Shown one piece after another: positions 10,200 through 21,033 of a stretch of DNA of 64,000 nucleotides. The number at the start of each line of letters is the position of its first letter. Position 1 is the first letter of the stretch. Source of the stretch: Candidatus Latescibacterota bacterium (GTDB lineage Bacteria > Latescibacterota > UBA2968 > UBA8231). The stretch lies in assembly GCA_965223905.1 (NCBI GenBank), contig CBDCXV010000010.1, positions 1,600,001-1,664,000 on the forward strand. Reading direction: 5' to 3'. The position numbers and the translations under genes are program-made. The notes under the pieces were generated by a model. That model was not told the DNA's origin. It saw only the letters and a program-made list of their open reading frames with translations, and did not search any database.

Positions 10200-11243
10200 A
10201 TGGAGAACGTTGATAAGAATCTGGCTGAGTTTTTCGCGGACGAGCCGCCGGGCCAGAAGGTGAACTCGGTCCGCTGGCTTCAGAAGAAGGTGATGGAGAA
10301 AGCCCGAGCGCTGCCGCGCGATTTCAGCACGGTCGCTGAATGGGAGATTTTCCGGACGAGAATGCGCGAGGAACTGCCCCGCGTCATCGGCATTCCGGCG
10401 TTTCCGTCGATGAAGGAAAGTTTCGTCCGCGGTCGGACTCGACTCGGCGACGACGTCATCGTCGAGCGCGTCGACGTGTACGTGGACGACGACTACGCCG
10501 TCCCGTCGTTCGTCTTCTCCCCTGCCGCAGAGCACAGTGAGAAAAGCCCGGCGCTGATGTGGAACCCCGGGTGGCCACAGGACAAGTTCGAGGCGTCGTA
10601 CCAGAAGTTCGCCGAGCGTATGGCCAAGCAGGGTTACGTCGTCCTCATCCCGGACCACGCCCCGTTCGGCGAAACCTCGCAGGTGGGAGAAAAGAAGAGG
10701 GCAAACATGACGCTCGTGATGGGGATGGGACATGTGGTCGGCATCAGTCAGCTCGCGCTTCGCTCGGCAGAGGCATCGCGGTGTGGTGAGTACCTGCGGT
10801 CGCGCGACGACGTGGACGCTGCGCGCGTCGCCATCTCCGGCCTGTGCCAGGGTGGGATGGACACGTGGCTGACGGGCGGGATGGACGACGGCTTCTGCGC
10901 CGTGGCCCCCATGTGCTCCGCCTCCACGATGGCCGTTCACTTCGCCGAGATGCTCTACAGCGCGAATGCCGACGTTTCGCCGTTTCCGTTCGGAATCCTG
11001 GACGTCTGTGACGTCGAGCACCTGCACGCGGCTGTGGCCCCGCGACCGCTGCTGGTCCGGGCGAATCTGCCCGACAACTGGTGGCCCATCAGCGGGCTCG
11101 ACGACATCGAGAGCCTGACCCGAAAGGTCTACCGTCTGTACGGGTGCGAGGACAAGGCCGATATCCGGTCCGAGGTGCACGAGCACAACCTGACCGGCCC
11201 GTTCGCCGATGCGCTCGAAGCGTTTCTGCTGAAATACGTGTGA
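10200..11243 (+). CDS. Alpha/beta hydrolase (acetyl-xylan esterase/dienelactone hydrolase-like)
   Basis: GYVVLIPD, RVAISGLCQGG nucleophile elbow, APRPLLV, terminal EH. Confidence 0.75.
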   Translation: MENVDKNLAEFFADEPPGQKVNSVRWLQKKVMEKARALPRDFSTVAEWEIFRTRMREELPRVIGIPAFPSMKESFVRGRTRLGDDVIVERVDVYVDDDYAVPSFVFSPAAEHSEKSPALMWNPGWPQDKFEASYQKFAERMAKQGYVVLIPDHAPFGETSQVGEKKRANMTLVMGMGHVVGISQLALRSAEASRCGEYLRSRDDVDAARVAISGLCQGGMDTWLTGGMDDGFCAVAPMCSASTMAVHFAEMLYSANADVSPFPFGILDVCDVEHLHAAVAPRPLLVRANLPDNWWPISGLDDIESLTRKVYRLYGCEDKADIRSEVHEHNLTGPFADALEAFLLKYV

Positions 11244-11289
11244 CCACAAAAAGGTCGCCGCGCGGTCCGACCATGCAGCAGGCGGCACA

Positions 11290-13233
11290 ATGAAGGACAC
11301 AAAGTCCCCCTTCACGATCCGGGGCCTCTTCGTCGGGGCCATCATGTCCGTCTTCGTCGGCGTCGTTGCCCCGTATGGCATGATCATGGTACGGGCGGCC
11401 GAGTGGGGCTCTCATGCCTCACAACTGGGCGGCGTCTTCCTGTTCTTCGTCTTCACTTTCTTGATCAACACCCTTCTGGGACTCATCCGCCGTCCCCTGG
11501 CCCTGAACCGGGCCGAGCTCGTCCTCATCTACGTCATGATGCTCGTGGCGCTGACTGTGCCGACTCAGAACCTGCTCGTCTACATCATCCCGACGATTTG
11601 CGTCCCCTTCTACTCGGCCAGCCCCGAGAACAACTGGGCCTCTTTCATCCACCCCTATCTTCCTGAGTGGATCGCGCCAAAGGATCTCGACTCCATCCGC
11701 CACCTCTACGAAGGTCTGCCGGCAGGTCAGTCGATTCCGTGGGAGGCGTGGTTGGTGCCGTTCGTCGCCTGGTTTTCCTTCCTCATTGCCCTCAGCGTGA
11801 TGATGTTTTGTCTCTGCGCGATCCTGCACCGCCAATGGTCGACGAATGAACGCCTCGCCTATCCCATGGTCCAGCTGCCGCAGCAGATGATCGAGTCGGG
11901 CGACGATCCGCTGGCGCGAGTCGCGCCGTTTTTCCGCAGTCCCGTCGTCTGGCTCGGGTTCGCATTGCCGTTCACTCTTTGGAGTCTCACCGGTCTCAAT
12001 CACTATTTCCCGTCGGTGCCCGAATGGCCCTACGGCTTTGGCAGCTTCGAGCTGTTCAAAGGACATCACGGGGTCCTCTTGACTTTGAGCTTTTCCTGGG
12101 TCGGTTTCTTTTTTCTCGTCGACCACAGCATCGTTTTCAGCGTCTGGTTCTTCTACCTGTTTGCCAAGTTGGAGGGTGGGCTGCTCACAACGCTGGGAAT
12201 CGCCGGCGACGAAGTCCTGAGCCAGTACGAGTTCTACAACACGCCCGACATGAACCATCAGAGTGTGGGCGCTATCCTCGTCTTCGTGTTGTTCGGTCTC
12301 TGGGTCGGCCGTGGCCATCTGCGCTTGGTGTGGGAGAAGGCCTGGCATCCCGATCGAGATCGCGATGGCGTCGATGCAGAGGAGTTGCTCTCCTACCGGG
12401 CTGCCCTCTGCGGTTTTCTGATCAGCCTCGCGTTCCTGGCCATCTGGCTCTGGCTTTCCGGAGTACCGGGCGTGGCGCTGCCGTTCTTCCTTCTCCTGGT
12501 GCTCGTTTACTACATTGCGCTGACGAGGGTCACGGCAGCCGGGGGCATCCCGTCGGCGCGACCGCCGATCGTCGCCCCGTACGCCGTCATCTCGGGGATG
12601 GGCAGCTCCTTGCTCGGGAGCAAGGGGATGGTCGCCCTGAATATGGCCATGGGGTGGCAGGGGGAAATGAGGCTTTTCCCCATGATCGCCTGCGCCAACG
12701 GCCTCAAGCTCGCGGAGATGGTGCAGGGCCCGAAGGGGCGTCTCTTCTGGGGCATGTTGCTGGCGGTCACGTGCAGTCTCGCAGGAGGGACCTGGATGTT
12801 GATGACGCTCGGCTACGAGCACGGCGGCATCAATCTGCTCGGAAACTTTCTCAGCAACGGGTACACCTGGCAGTATCTGAACCCGATCCTTCAGAGCCAA
12901 CCGGAGATTGACGTGCGGGGCTGGATCTTCACCGGCATCGGCGGCGCTATCGAAGGATTTCTGATGTGGGCGAATCACCGCTGGTTCTGGTGGCCCCTCC
13001 ACCCGCTCGGGTTAGTCGTCTGCGTCGGTTACCTGGCCAGCCACGTCTGGTTCTCGGCATTCGTCGCCTGGTTGCTCAAGTTGGGTATCCTGAAGTATGG
13101 CGGTGGCTCGCTGTTCGCCAGTATCAAACCTTTCTTCCTGGGACTCATCATGGGAGAGGCGACCTGCTCCGGCGTCTGGCTCGCTATCGACTACATGACT
13201 GGAACAGTCGGAAACCGTCTGGGTTTTATGTGA
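11290..13233 (+). CDS. Polytopic membrane protein, DUF6785/DUF6784 (OPT-like) family
   Basis: Many TM segments; QWxxNERLAYPMVQLP, WWPLHPLG, LKYGG...KPFFLGLI motifs. Confidence 0.75.
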   Translation: MKDTKSPFTIRGLFVGAIMSVFVGVVAPYGMIMVRAAEWGSHASQLGGVFLFFVFTFLINTLLGLIRRPLALNRAELVLIYVMMLVALTVPTQNLLVYIIPTICVPFYSASPENNWASFIHPYLPEWIAPKDLDSIRHLYEGLPAGQSIPWEAWLVPFVAWFSFLIALSVMMFCLCAILHRQWSTNERLAYPMVQLPQQMIESGDDPLARVAPFFRSPVVWLGFALPFTLWSLTGLNHYFPSVPEWPYGFGSFELFKGHHGVLLTLSFSWVGFFFLVDHSIVFSVWFFYLFAKLEGGLLTTLGIAGDEVLSQYEFYNTPDMNHQSVGAILVFVLFGLWVGRGHLRLVWEKAWHPDRDRDGVDAEELLSYRAALCGFLISLAFLAIWLWLSGVPGVALPFFLLLVLVYYIALTRVTAAGGIPSARPPIVAPYAVISGMGSSLLGSKGMVALNMAMGWQGEMRLFPMIACANGLKLAEMVQGPKGRLFWGMLLAVTCSLAGGTWMLMTLGYEHGGINLLGNFLSNGYTWQYLNPILQSQPEIDVRGWIFTGIGGAIEGFLMWANHRWFWWPLHPLGLVVCVGYLASHVWFSAFVAWLLKLGILKYGGGSLFASIKPFFLGLIMGEATCSGVWLAIDYMTGTVGNRLGFM

Positions 13234-13428
13234 TAGAAGTGCGATACGTGCGCAGAGATCGATGCGGCCGATCAGTTGAAGGCACTACCTCGAAGCAGTC
13301 GGACTGCCAGCTCGGTCACCACCCTTCGCCTTGCCCAAAATACCGCCATCGACACAAATTCGTTTCAATGTAGACTAGCGATCTCTATGTCGCTTATGCT
13401 TCCTATTCTCTAGTGAAGGAACAGCGAG

Positions 13429-15459
13429 ATGAGAACGTCCCTGTGCCTCATTTTGTGCGCCGTCTGCCTGGGTTGGGTCGCGGACTCCAGCGCCACCCTC
13501 TACGTCTATCGCCTTGGTGGTGCCGCCGACCAACCCGAACCGGCGTTTCCGGATGCGTGGGACGTGGAATTCGTCTCCCTTCCGTGGACACCTGTAGACG
13601 AGGGCAGCTTCGGCTCCGTCCAACTGATCGAGACAGCTGACGGCTCCATCGGCCCCGAGAAGATGGACCCCGAGGTGAATCTGACGCCGACCCTGAGGGG
13701 TCGGACCGGAGGGTGGATCAAGTCCTCGGACGGATATGGCTTCAAGGACGAACCGCAGCTGGATTTCATCTTCGACGGCGATCCGACGACGGCCTACGAC
13801 GGCGGCGGCGGCCACTTCAGGGGCGGCCAGAGCTGCCCGGCGAATGGCTCTCGGTGCAACGACGAGACCAGAAACCTGCCCACGAACAGCGCCAAGGCGA
13901 GTTGGGGGGGCTCCAAGGCGGTCTGGTTCGACCTCGGTGGCGCCTTTCCGATCCGCCTGATCCGCATGTACCCGACCACCAAACGCTTCGACGAGCGCGT
14001 CCTGAAGGTATTCCTGATCGGCACGAGTGACGGCGATCCGCTCAAGGAGGGCACCAGAGACACGAACTTCTTCTGGCGCGAAGGCCCTTTCAATTTCAAT
14101 CTGCGTCACCTGATGCTGGAGAACACGGTTCCCTTGCTCGAGCTCGACATGGGTGACGTACCCGCCCGCCACATTTTTCTCGAGACCATCCCGGGCAGGT
14201 GGGAAATCGCCGAATTCGAGATCTACGGCGCTGGCGTTGCACCGTCGGCGACGTACACCTCCAACCTCATCCCTCTGGGTGAGCCCGCCAGCCTGGGGAG
14301 CCTGACGTGGTCAGGCTCGCGAGACGATGGAGCTGAGGTCGAGCTGACCGTGCGCAGCGGCAGTGACGACGATCCCAACGTTTACTGGCGCCACACGTTT
14401 CGGGGGTCGGAGCGGTCGCGGTTCGACGCTTCCGGTAAACCGCTGACGCGAGCGGCGTACCTGAAACTGGAAGGCGGCGAACGGGCCGGCATCGCGCCGG
14501 ACACACGGAACTGGGAGTTCTGGACGCCGCCACTGGACTTCGATGAGCGCAATGCCCAGCTGGTGACGGAGCGTCCGCGCCAGTTCGTGCAGTTCAATGC
14601 CGACTTCCTCTCCGAACGGCCGGCAGATGCCGGCAGCCGACTCGATTTTCTCGAGTTCACGGTCAGCAAGCCGCCGATCGTAAGCCAGCTGGTAGCCGAG
14701 ATTTCCCCGGCGGCTGTGCTGCCCAGGGAGGTGACGCGCTTCACATATACCCTGCTGCCGGAGTTCGGAAGGGATGACCTCGGCTTCGACAGTATCGAGA
14801 TCGAGACGCCGGTGCAGGCGGCGAGTGTTGACACGATCATCCTGAGCTCGCCGACGAATCCCCTGGCGATCGACACCCTCGATGTGACAGACATGGCGCA
14901 GCTGGGACCCGGCGGTTTCGTCATCACGCTGCCTGGAGCGTATCGCCGAGACCCCCAGAGCTCCCTGATTCCGATCCAGGTCATCTTCCGCGCCCAGGTG
15001 TTTCATTACGGCACCGTGTTCGAGGGCCGGGTGTTCGACAGCACGCGTGAGTGGGAGGTGCACCAGCGCTTGGCCGCAGGCGACGCCGATCCGCTGATCG
15101 ATGGCAACACCTTGAGTGTGACCCTGACCGAGGTCGAAGCCAGGGCGGTGGGAGCGCTGCGTCTATCGTCGCCGGCACTGACGCCGAACGGCGATGGGAT
15201 CAACGACGAGTTGACGATTGACTATGACCTCGTCAACATGGTCGGATCCGTGCCGGTAACGGTCGGTTTCTTCGACCTCTCCGGCCGAAAGGTGGCGGAG
15301 GTCGTCAGCGAGCGGGCGAGCGGGCAATGGACGGATGTCTGGGATGGGACTGACGGGAGCGGCAATCTCCAGCCACCGGGGATGTACATCCTCCGCATGG
15401 AGGTGGAAACCGATGAGACGACAGACACGGTGACCGAGGCGGTGGCCCTCGTCTACTGA
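13429..15459 (+). CDS. Secreted protein with discoidin-like segment and C-terminal FlgD-Ig domain
   Basis: Signal peptide; FDGDPTTAY; TPNGDGINDEL...FDLSGRKV...WDGTD...PPGMYI. Confidence 0.8.
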   Translation: MRTSLCLILCAVCLGWVADSSATLYVYRLGGAADQPEPAFPDAWDVEFVSLPWTPVDEGSFGSVQLIETADGSIGPEKMDPEVNLTPTLRGRTGGWIKSSDGYGFKDEPQLDFIFDGDPTTAYDGGGGHFRGGQSCPANGSRCNDETRNLPTNSAKASWGGSKAVWFDLGGAFPIRLIRMYPTTKRFDERVLKVFLIGTSDGDPLKEGTRDTNFFWREGPFNFNLRHLMLENTVPLLELDMGDVPARHIFLETIPGRWEIAEFEIYGAGVAPSATYTSNLIPLGEPASLGSLTWSGSRDDGAEVELTVRSGSDDDPNVYWRHTFRGSERSRFDASGKPLTRAAYLKLEGGERAGIAPDTRNWEFWTPPLDFDERNAQLVTERPRQFVQFNADFLSERPADAGSRLDFLEFTVSKPPIVSQLVAEISPAAVLPREVTRFTYTLLPEFGRDDLGFDSIEIETPVQAASVDTIILSSPTNPLAIDTLDVTDMAQLGPGGFVITLPGAYRRDPQSSLIPIQVIFRAQVFHYGTVFEGRVFDSTREWEVHQRLAAGDADPLIDGNTLSVTLTEVEARAVGALRLSSPALTPNGDGINDELTIDYDLVNMVGSVPVTVGFFDLSGRKVAEVVSERASGQWTDVWDGTDGSGNLQPPGMYILRMEVETDETTDTVTEAVALVY

Positions 15460-15539
15460 GGGAGCGGCGAAGCTATGCCGCCCTGTTCAGGCCGGCTGGC
15501 ATGGCATGGGCGGCCTCTTCTGACTGTGGAGATTTGAGA

Positions 15540-15720
15540 ATGACCAAAACCAATCATCTTCTCGACGACGAGGCTGTGCAGCAGTTCATTGTGGACGGAT
15601 ATCTACTGGTAAAGGGCGAACAGCGACCCAGCCGTACATCAGGCGATCCGCGAAGAGCTGGAGCAGGTTATCGAGGAGGAAGGAAATCCCGGAAACAACA
15701 TCTTGCCGCGGATTCCGGAG
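15540..15720 (+). pseudogene. PhyH-family N-terminal fragment cut by ISCR copy C
   Basis: LLDDEAVQQFIVDGYLLV; NPGNNILPRIPE in a shifted frame. Confidence 0.6.
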
Positions 15721-16387
15721 CGATGCCGACCCTCTTTCCTTCGCGCTCAAAACGCCGTGGTCGGATGGGACCCGCCATCTCCTGCTGTCGCCGATGGAAC
15801 TGCTGGAGAAGCTGGCGGCTCTGGTTCCCCCGCCCCGGTTTCATCTCCTGCGCTACCACGGGGTCCTGGCCCCCCGGGCCCGGGCCCGCGACCGCATCGT
15901 GCCGGCCCAACCGGGTGCCGAGCCGGCCGCGGAGGACGCCTCGCCCAGCGCTGCGGCCTGCGGCCATCGACTGCGCTGGGCGACCCTGCTGGCGCGGGTG
16001 TTTTCCTCCGACCTCAGCCAATGCGCGGCCTGTGGCCGGCGCCTGCGGATCGTCGCCGCCCTGACCGATCCGACCTCGATCCGGATCTATCTGGAGGGGG
16101 TAGGGCTGCCGGCGATGCCCCCGCCGAGAGCCCCGCCGCAGCCGCTGTTCGAGTTCGCCGCCTGACCTCCTCCGCGATTCGCTCCCGGCGCCGGGCGTAC
16201 GGCGGGGGGTGCCCTCAACGGTCCCTCAGGCCCCGGATTGATCCGGATACGGGCCTACAGGCAACCAAACTGTACTGCGAGCTCGGTCGAAGGACGGGCA
16301 AACGATCCTCCGGGAGCTGCCGGACCCTGGCGGTGCGCTGTCCGCCTTGACCGAGAGTCCAAAAAAGGTGCCTGATTTTACCTATGC
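15721..16387 (+). mobile_element. ISCR/IS91-family fragment C (3' end + oriIS)
   Basis: Near-identical to copy A; ends ATTTTACCTATGC. Confidence 0.9.
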
Positions 16388-16601
16388 TTCCCCGCCATGG
16401 CCTAGGGCATCTAGTGCGGCATTGATGTTTTTGCGAACCGGCAAAGGGCGGACGACCCCCTGGGGCGTCAGTTCGACGATCCCCAGGGGCAAGATCCACT
16501 GGCGCCACTGGGCGGCGTTGTCGAAGCGCAATTCCTCGGCATTGAGCGGAGCAGCCGCAGCAAGCGCCAGCACGGCGCAGCGCAGATGTTTGGGTTTCAT
16601 C
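16388..16601 (-). pseudogene. N-terminal fragment of a secreted protein truncated at oriIS of copy C
   Basis: MKPKHLRCAVLALAAAAPLNA signal peptide; ORF stops inside the ISCR end. Confidence 0.5.
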
Positions 16602-16629
16602 AAGGCCGCGGGGATTGGGCGCCAAGAGC

Positions 16630-18261
16630 TCACAGTTTGCTCGAGGGCCATGCAAAAGGGCACCGGCCGTCGTGCCCGTACGTGAAGAGCGCTGTCCGCC
16701 TCGGTGACTCAGCCTCCCAGCGGTACGCCCCGTGACAGACCGTCCCTCCCAAAAAGAAGAGAACAGATCCGCGACGCATTGGAATGTGGCGGATCGGCGC
16801 GCGCTCGTTGCAGACCCGCACCGAATGCGGTAAGGGGTAGTGCGATTTGTGACTGCCCGGCACTACGACAAATCCGCCATCGTCGGGCCCGACGTCGGTG
16901 AGCTGCCAGGCGACGTTGATGCCCGACCTCGTGTGCACGCGCCCGTTTACCATCTCGTAGTGCTTGCCGATGCAGGTCGGGTTGGCGTTCCCCGAGTGCA
17001 GCATCTGCCCGCTCGAGCCTTTGACGTGGCACAGGGCCGTGTTCTGAGTTTCCCTGTACCCTGGTCCAATCATCCAGTTCAGGCGCTGGATGACGGCCGG
17101 ATGCGCCAGCATTTTGAGGAAGGGCGCATTGTGCGGCGCCGGTAACTGAAACAAGTCCTTCAGATCCGGCCGGCCCGTGCCCGAGATCGTCGGCGCCCCA
17201 GGGATGTCGGCAAGCGTCACGTCCCCGTCAAGCTTGTCGCCTGCGCCCCGGTACACCAGACGGTCGAGGTTGGCGTCGATGCCCGCCACGGCCGCATCGA
17301 CCCAATCATCGTCCATGACGCCCTCGACCAACAGGAAGCCCTGGGTGTCAAACGCCCAGCGCTCGGCATGATCATCTCGGCGTTCGAACTCGAGGGCAGA
17401 GGAGGCCCTCTGCGCCGCGTCGGCATCGGCGGCGGAGGTAAGCCAGGTGGCAGTGCCGTCCGACAGGAGCAGGCGACGCGAGTCGCCGCCCGCCAGCACG
17501 GTTTGCTCGGCCTCGCCCAGCCCTTCGGCCCATGCGGGCAGGGGCTGCTGGTCCTGCTGGTCAGGTGGCCCCTGTGGCCGAGCCGTGCGCGAGATGAAAT
17601 TTACCACGAGTAGCTCGCCTTCATCACCCTGCGGGCAAATCCCGTGCAGCGTGCTGGCGGCGCACAGCAGCACGTCGCCCGCCGCCAGCGCCGGGTGCTC
17701 GGCGAAGCGGCTGGAGGATGAAAGCGGTGGGGCAGGCAGCCCGCTCTTGTGCGAGGAGGGCACGACCACCAGCGGGCACTTGCCTTCTGCGGAGTCCGTG
17801 AGGGCGATGGCCACCACCAGCCCCTGGCACTGCCGGATGCGGACCTCTTCCCAGGCGCCGCCGGCTCGCGTGAGCGGAGTTCCGTCGGCGTTGCGGCCAT
17901 TCCACCCCGCCAGGTTGATGTACGCCCGGTCCAGCGTGTGCACCCCGCCTTCCAGTGGCAGCGAGGCTTCGTCGTACCCTCCTGCGGCGGCAGGGACGTG
18001 CCTCGCAGGGCCGTCCTGGCGAAAGCCATCGCCGCACAGTTCGCGCACGTAGCGTCCGACGGCGCCGGCCTCGCTGCAGAGATCGCCCAGCCCATCGCCG
18101 CTGTCGCGGCACGCGGACAGTTCGGCCTGGCTGAGGAGTTGCGGCAACACGACGAACCCGAGCGCGTCGAAGGTGAAGTTCTGCTCTATGGTAAGGATCG
18201 ATGGCTCGTGTACGTGCGTCGCCTCGTTCCAGTGGTTCACGGTGTAGGTGTCGATGCCCAT
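16630..18261 (-). CDS. Tandem two-domain PhyH-family Fe(II)/2OG dioxygenase
   Basis: Two F(D)xxGF-initiated domains, each with VVPxSHKS and a distal HG. Confidence 0.8.
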   Translation of the reverse strand: MGIDTYTVNHWNEATHVHEPSILTIEQNFTFDALGFVVLPQLLSQAELSACRDSGDGLGDLCSEAGAVGRYVRELCGDGFRQDGPARHVPAAAGGYDEASLPLEGGVHTLDRAYINLAGWNGRNADGTPLTRAGGAWEEVRIRQCQGLVVAIALTDSAEGKCPLVVVPSSHKSGLPAPPLSSSSRFAEHPALAAGDVLLCAASTLHGICPQGDEGELLVVNFISRTARPQGPPDQQDQQPLPAWAEGLGEAEQTVLAGGDSRRLLLSDGTATWLTSAADADAAQRASSALEFERRDDHAERWAFDTQGFLLVEGVMDDDWVDAAVAGIDANLDRLVYRGAGDKLDGDVTLADIPGAPTISGTGRPDLKDLFQLPAPHNAPFLKMLAHPAVIQRLNWMIGPGYRETQNTALCHVKGSSGQMLHSGNANPTCIGKHYEMVNGRVHTRSGINVAWQLTDVGPDDGGFVVVPGSHKSHYPLPHSVRVCNERAPIRHIPMRRGSVLFFLGGTVCHGAYRWEAESPRRTALFTYGHDGRCPFAWPSSKL

Positions 18262-18431
18262 AGTTAGACCTCGATGGATTCTGGAGGGTGGACGGTGTTT
18301 TCTGGCATCTCTCCGTCCCACTCAACATCCGCGCGAAGCTACCTACCGAGAACACCGCTATGGCGGCAAACTAAACAAAGTTCGCGTATCTTACAACTAC
18401 GGCTCCTATTGAGCAAACTTCAGGAGAAAAA

Positions 18432-18710
18432 TTGAAAGCCCAGACAAATCAGCTATTCGAGAATATGGGGGATGGCACCTTTGCCGAAGTGCCCCTGACC
18501 TCGGGCGCGGGACTGCAGATCGAGAAGGTAAGCAGGGGCGCTATTGCGGAAGCCCTGCGCAAGGAAATCCGCGATCCGTCTGTCCGTGCGATAGCCGACA
18601 GGTGGATGATTGGCAGCATAGACCTCTTCAACGACAACCACATGTTGGACGATGATCCGGCACAGCGGCCCCTGCAGTTGAAGCTTTATGAGTGCCTATG
18701 CGTACGATAA
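18432..18710 (+). pseudogene. Chimeric fragment: CRTAC1/ASPIC-UnbV-like piece fused to unrelated sequence
   Basis: QTNQLFENMGDGTFAEV...VSRGA, then an abrupt change in character. Confidence 0.4.
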
Positions 18711-18728
18711 GCACGAAGAGACATAACA

Positions 18729-18785
18729 AGCGAACCATCGGCTACAGCGGATGCCTGAGCGCCGCCGCTAAGCCGCACGTTGTTT
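18729..18785 (+). other. attC-like site (degenerate)
   Basis: GCGAAC-CATCGGCTACAGCGG...CCGCTAAGCCGCAC-GTT imperfect palindrome just after a stop codon. Confidence 0.4.
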
Positions 18786-18836
18786 GGCTCTAGTAGCTCT
18801 ATTTTATGTATGGAGGAGCCTAAATCCCATATCATA

Positions 18837-18931
18837 TATCAACACGGTTTGCGCTGCGCGACATATGTCGCTTGGGGCTTCGTCCAATCCTCCGCTGCGC
18901 CTCGGGTTCGCAAACCGGAAAGCTGTTAAAT
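18837..18931 (+). other. attC-like site
   Basis: TATCAAC.CGGTTTGCG...CGCAAACCG...GTTAAAT (AAC/GTTRRRY ends, 9-bp inverted arms) immediately before a GNAT gene. Confidence 0.45.
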
Positions 18932-19407
18932 GACATGGGCCTTATATGAGAAGAGACGAGTTTTGACCGTTCGCCTTGAATTCGAGCAGGTGCTTCCTTC
19001 CGCTGAGGATAGGTTTCGGCCACTGGTTGACGCCTACTGGTTGGAGACAATGCCAACTGCAGATTCCGGAGCCAAGGATTTTCTGGTGCCTCAGCGAGGG
19101 GGCCCCGGTTGGATTTGTTTCATTTTCAATTAGTGGCACTAGCGCGAAGATCAATGACTTCTACGTTGTTCCTGCGCAACGCCGGGAGGGCATTGGGTCA
19201 TTCCTTGTACAAGCCGTAACAGAAATCACCGACGGCTTGGGTATCGATCGGATTGACTTGAATGTACGCCGCGACAATCCAAGCGCCCTGACGTTCTGGG
19301 AGTCCCAAGGCTTCATGATCGGACATCACGAATTGACTCAATACAGAAATCCGCACAAACGCATTGGATTTACTCATTTATTAAGGCTACCTCTTCGGCT
19401 ACTTTGA
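18930..19407 (+). pseudogene. GNAT acetyltransferase, frameshifted
   Basis: INDFYVVPAQRREGIGS, NPSALTFWESQGF. Confidence 0.7.
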
Positions 19408-19717
19408 GACCGAGACGGATATTGCCACGGCTCTCGACGACTTTCTCGCGGAAGAGGCCACGCAGTGCTGGGGGGAAGCCAACGAGGGGTTAGTCGAAAT
19501 ACCGGAGGGCGGCCCCAAAGACGCACTAGTCGAACTAGAAGAGGGCTTCCACCTCGATTAGCCCCAAGAGTCCCTTGCGCCGCGACCAAGTGGCCATACT
19601 AGTATCACCCTGCATTGGAGATTTGCCGTCGCGCTGTGGACTGCGGTGGACTGCTATTTAGGTGCCCTGCTGACGATGCGTAGTATGGCGCGGTTACAAA
19701 CGCTGCGCCGATAGTGA

Positions 19718-19951
19718 TCAATCTGTCATCGTCATCTTGCGAGCGTGGGTAATGTCCTTGTCGGTTACTAGGCGGGCCTGCGATGGCAGCACTGTTGCAA
19801 TGGCAACAGTATTCCCGTCGAGCGCCATGAACTCCACCACAACGGCTTCTCCCCCCGGATGGATATGCACAATCGTGCCGACGTCACCAGCCACCAACCC
19901 CTCCTCCAAGATGTCGCTTATAAGTACGATGCGTTCATGTTCTTTAAACAT
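19718..19951 (-). CDS. DUF4926-family protein
   Basis: GLVAGDVGTIVH...VVEF; typical partner of DUF6883. Confidence 0.8.
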   Translation of the reverse strand: MFKEHERIVLISDILEEGLVAGDVGTIVHIHPGGEAVVVEFMALDGNTVAIATVLPSQARLVTDKDITHARKMTMTD

Positions 19952-20191
19952 TTTCATCCTCCGAGCGGGTGTGCTGTGATGAGCCTGGGGCTGTTGTGAG
20001 GTGGACCCCATTCTTTGGACAGCCGGGCAGCAGGATTAAGGTGGATTCATTGTGGTTGATTTGCTGCCCTGTCCTTCTTGTTCTTGGGGTTCCCTGAGAC
20101 CTCCTTTCCGACTCTGCAGGATCGCCGTTTTGCTGGGTGTAGGATAGTCCACCCACCCTTGGCAAATTGTCCACACCGCTCCCTTCCGCGT

Positions 20192-21013
20192 TCATGCCGC
20201 TCTGCGGCCGGTGTATGCCTCCATCGGCGTCCGGTCCCCGGCCAGGCTGGAATGAGGCCGCTCTTCGTTGTAATAGCGAAGCCAGGAGGCAAGGTGCCGA
20301 CGCGCCTGCCGTCCATCCTCGAAGTCGTGCAGATAGACACACTCGTATTTGAGAGAGCGCCAGAGACGCTCGATGAAGACGTTGTCCATCCATCGGCCCT
20401 TGCCGTCCATCGAGATCGCTACCCCGGCCTGCTCGAGAACCTCAGTGAACTCCCGACTCGTAAACTGGCTGCCCTGGTCGGTGTTGAAGATCTCCGGCCT
20501 GCCGTAGCGGGCCAGCGCCTCCTGCAAGGCCTCCCGGCAGAAGGCAGTGTCCTGGGTGTTCGACAGCCGCCACGAAAGCACCGTGCGCGTCGCCCAGTCC
20601 ATGATCGCCACCAGATAAAGAAAACCCCGCTGCATCGGGATATAGGTCACGTCCGCACACCACACCTGGTTCGGCCGCTCAATCCTGAGATGTCCAAGCC
20701 GATACGGATAGATCCGATGGGATCCATCCGGCGACGACGTGTGTGGCTTGCGGTAGATGGCCGTCAGCCCCATCTGCCGCATCAATCGACGCACCCGCTT
20801 GCGGCCGACTTCATATCCCTGGCGCCGCAGGTGACGGGTCATCTGCCGCGACCCATACCAGGGCGTGGCCAGAAACTGTTCGTCGATACAGCGCATCACC
20901 TGCCGGTTGAAGGCACTCTCCCCTTGAGGCGCGTAGTAATAGGTGGATCGCGAAAGGGCAACCAAGGTGCACTGGCGCACGACAGGGAGCCGGGGATGAT
21001 CCGGATCGATCAT
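20192..21013 (-). CDS. IS3-family OrfB DDE transposase (rve)
   Basis: WCADVTYI, FNTDQGSQFTS, DNVFIERLWRSLKYE. Confidence 0.92.
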   Translation of the reverse strand: MIDPDHPRLPVVRQCTLVALSRSTYYYAPQGESAFNRQVMRCIDEQFLATPWYGSRQMTRHLRRQGYEVGRKRVRRLMRQMGLTAIYRKPHTSSPDGSHRIYPYRLGHLRIERPNQVWCADVTYIPMQRGFLYLVAIMDWATRTVLSWRLSNTQDTAFCREALQEALARYGRPEIFNTDQGSQFTSREFTEVLEQAGVAISMDGKGRWMDNVFIERLWRSLKYECVYLHDFEDGRQARRHLASWLRYYNEERPHSSLAGDRTPMEAYTGRRAA

Positions 21014-21033
21014 CGTTATCCTTCGGTCGCGGC

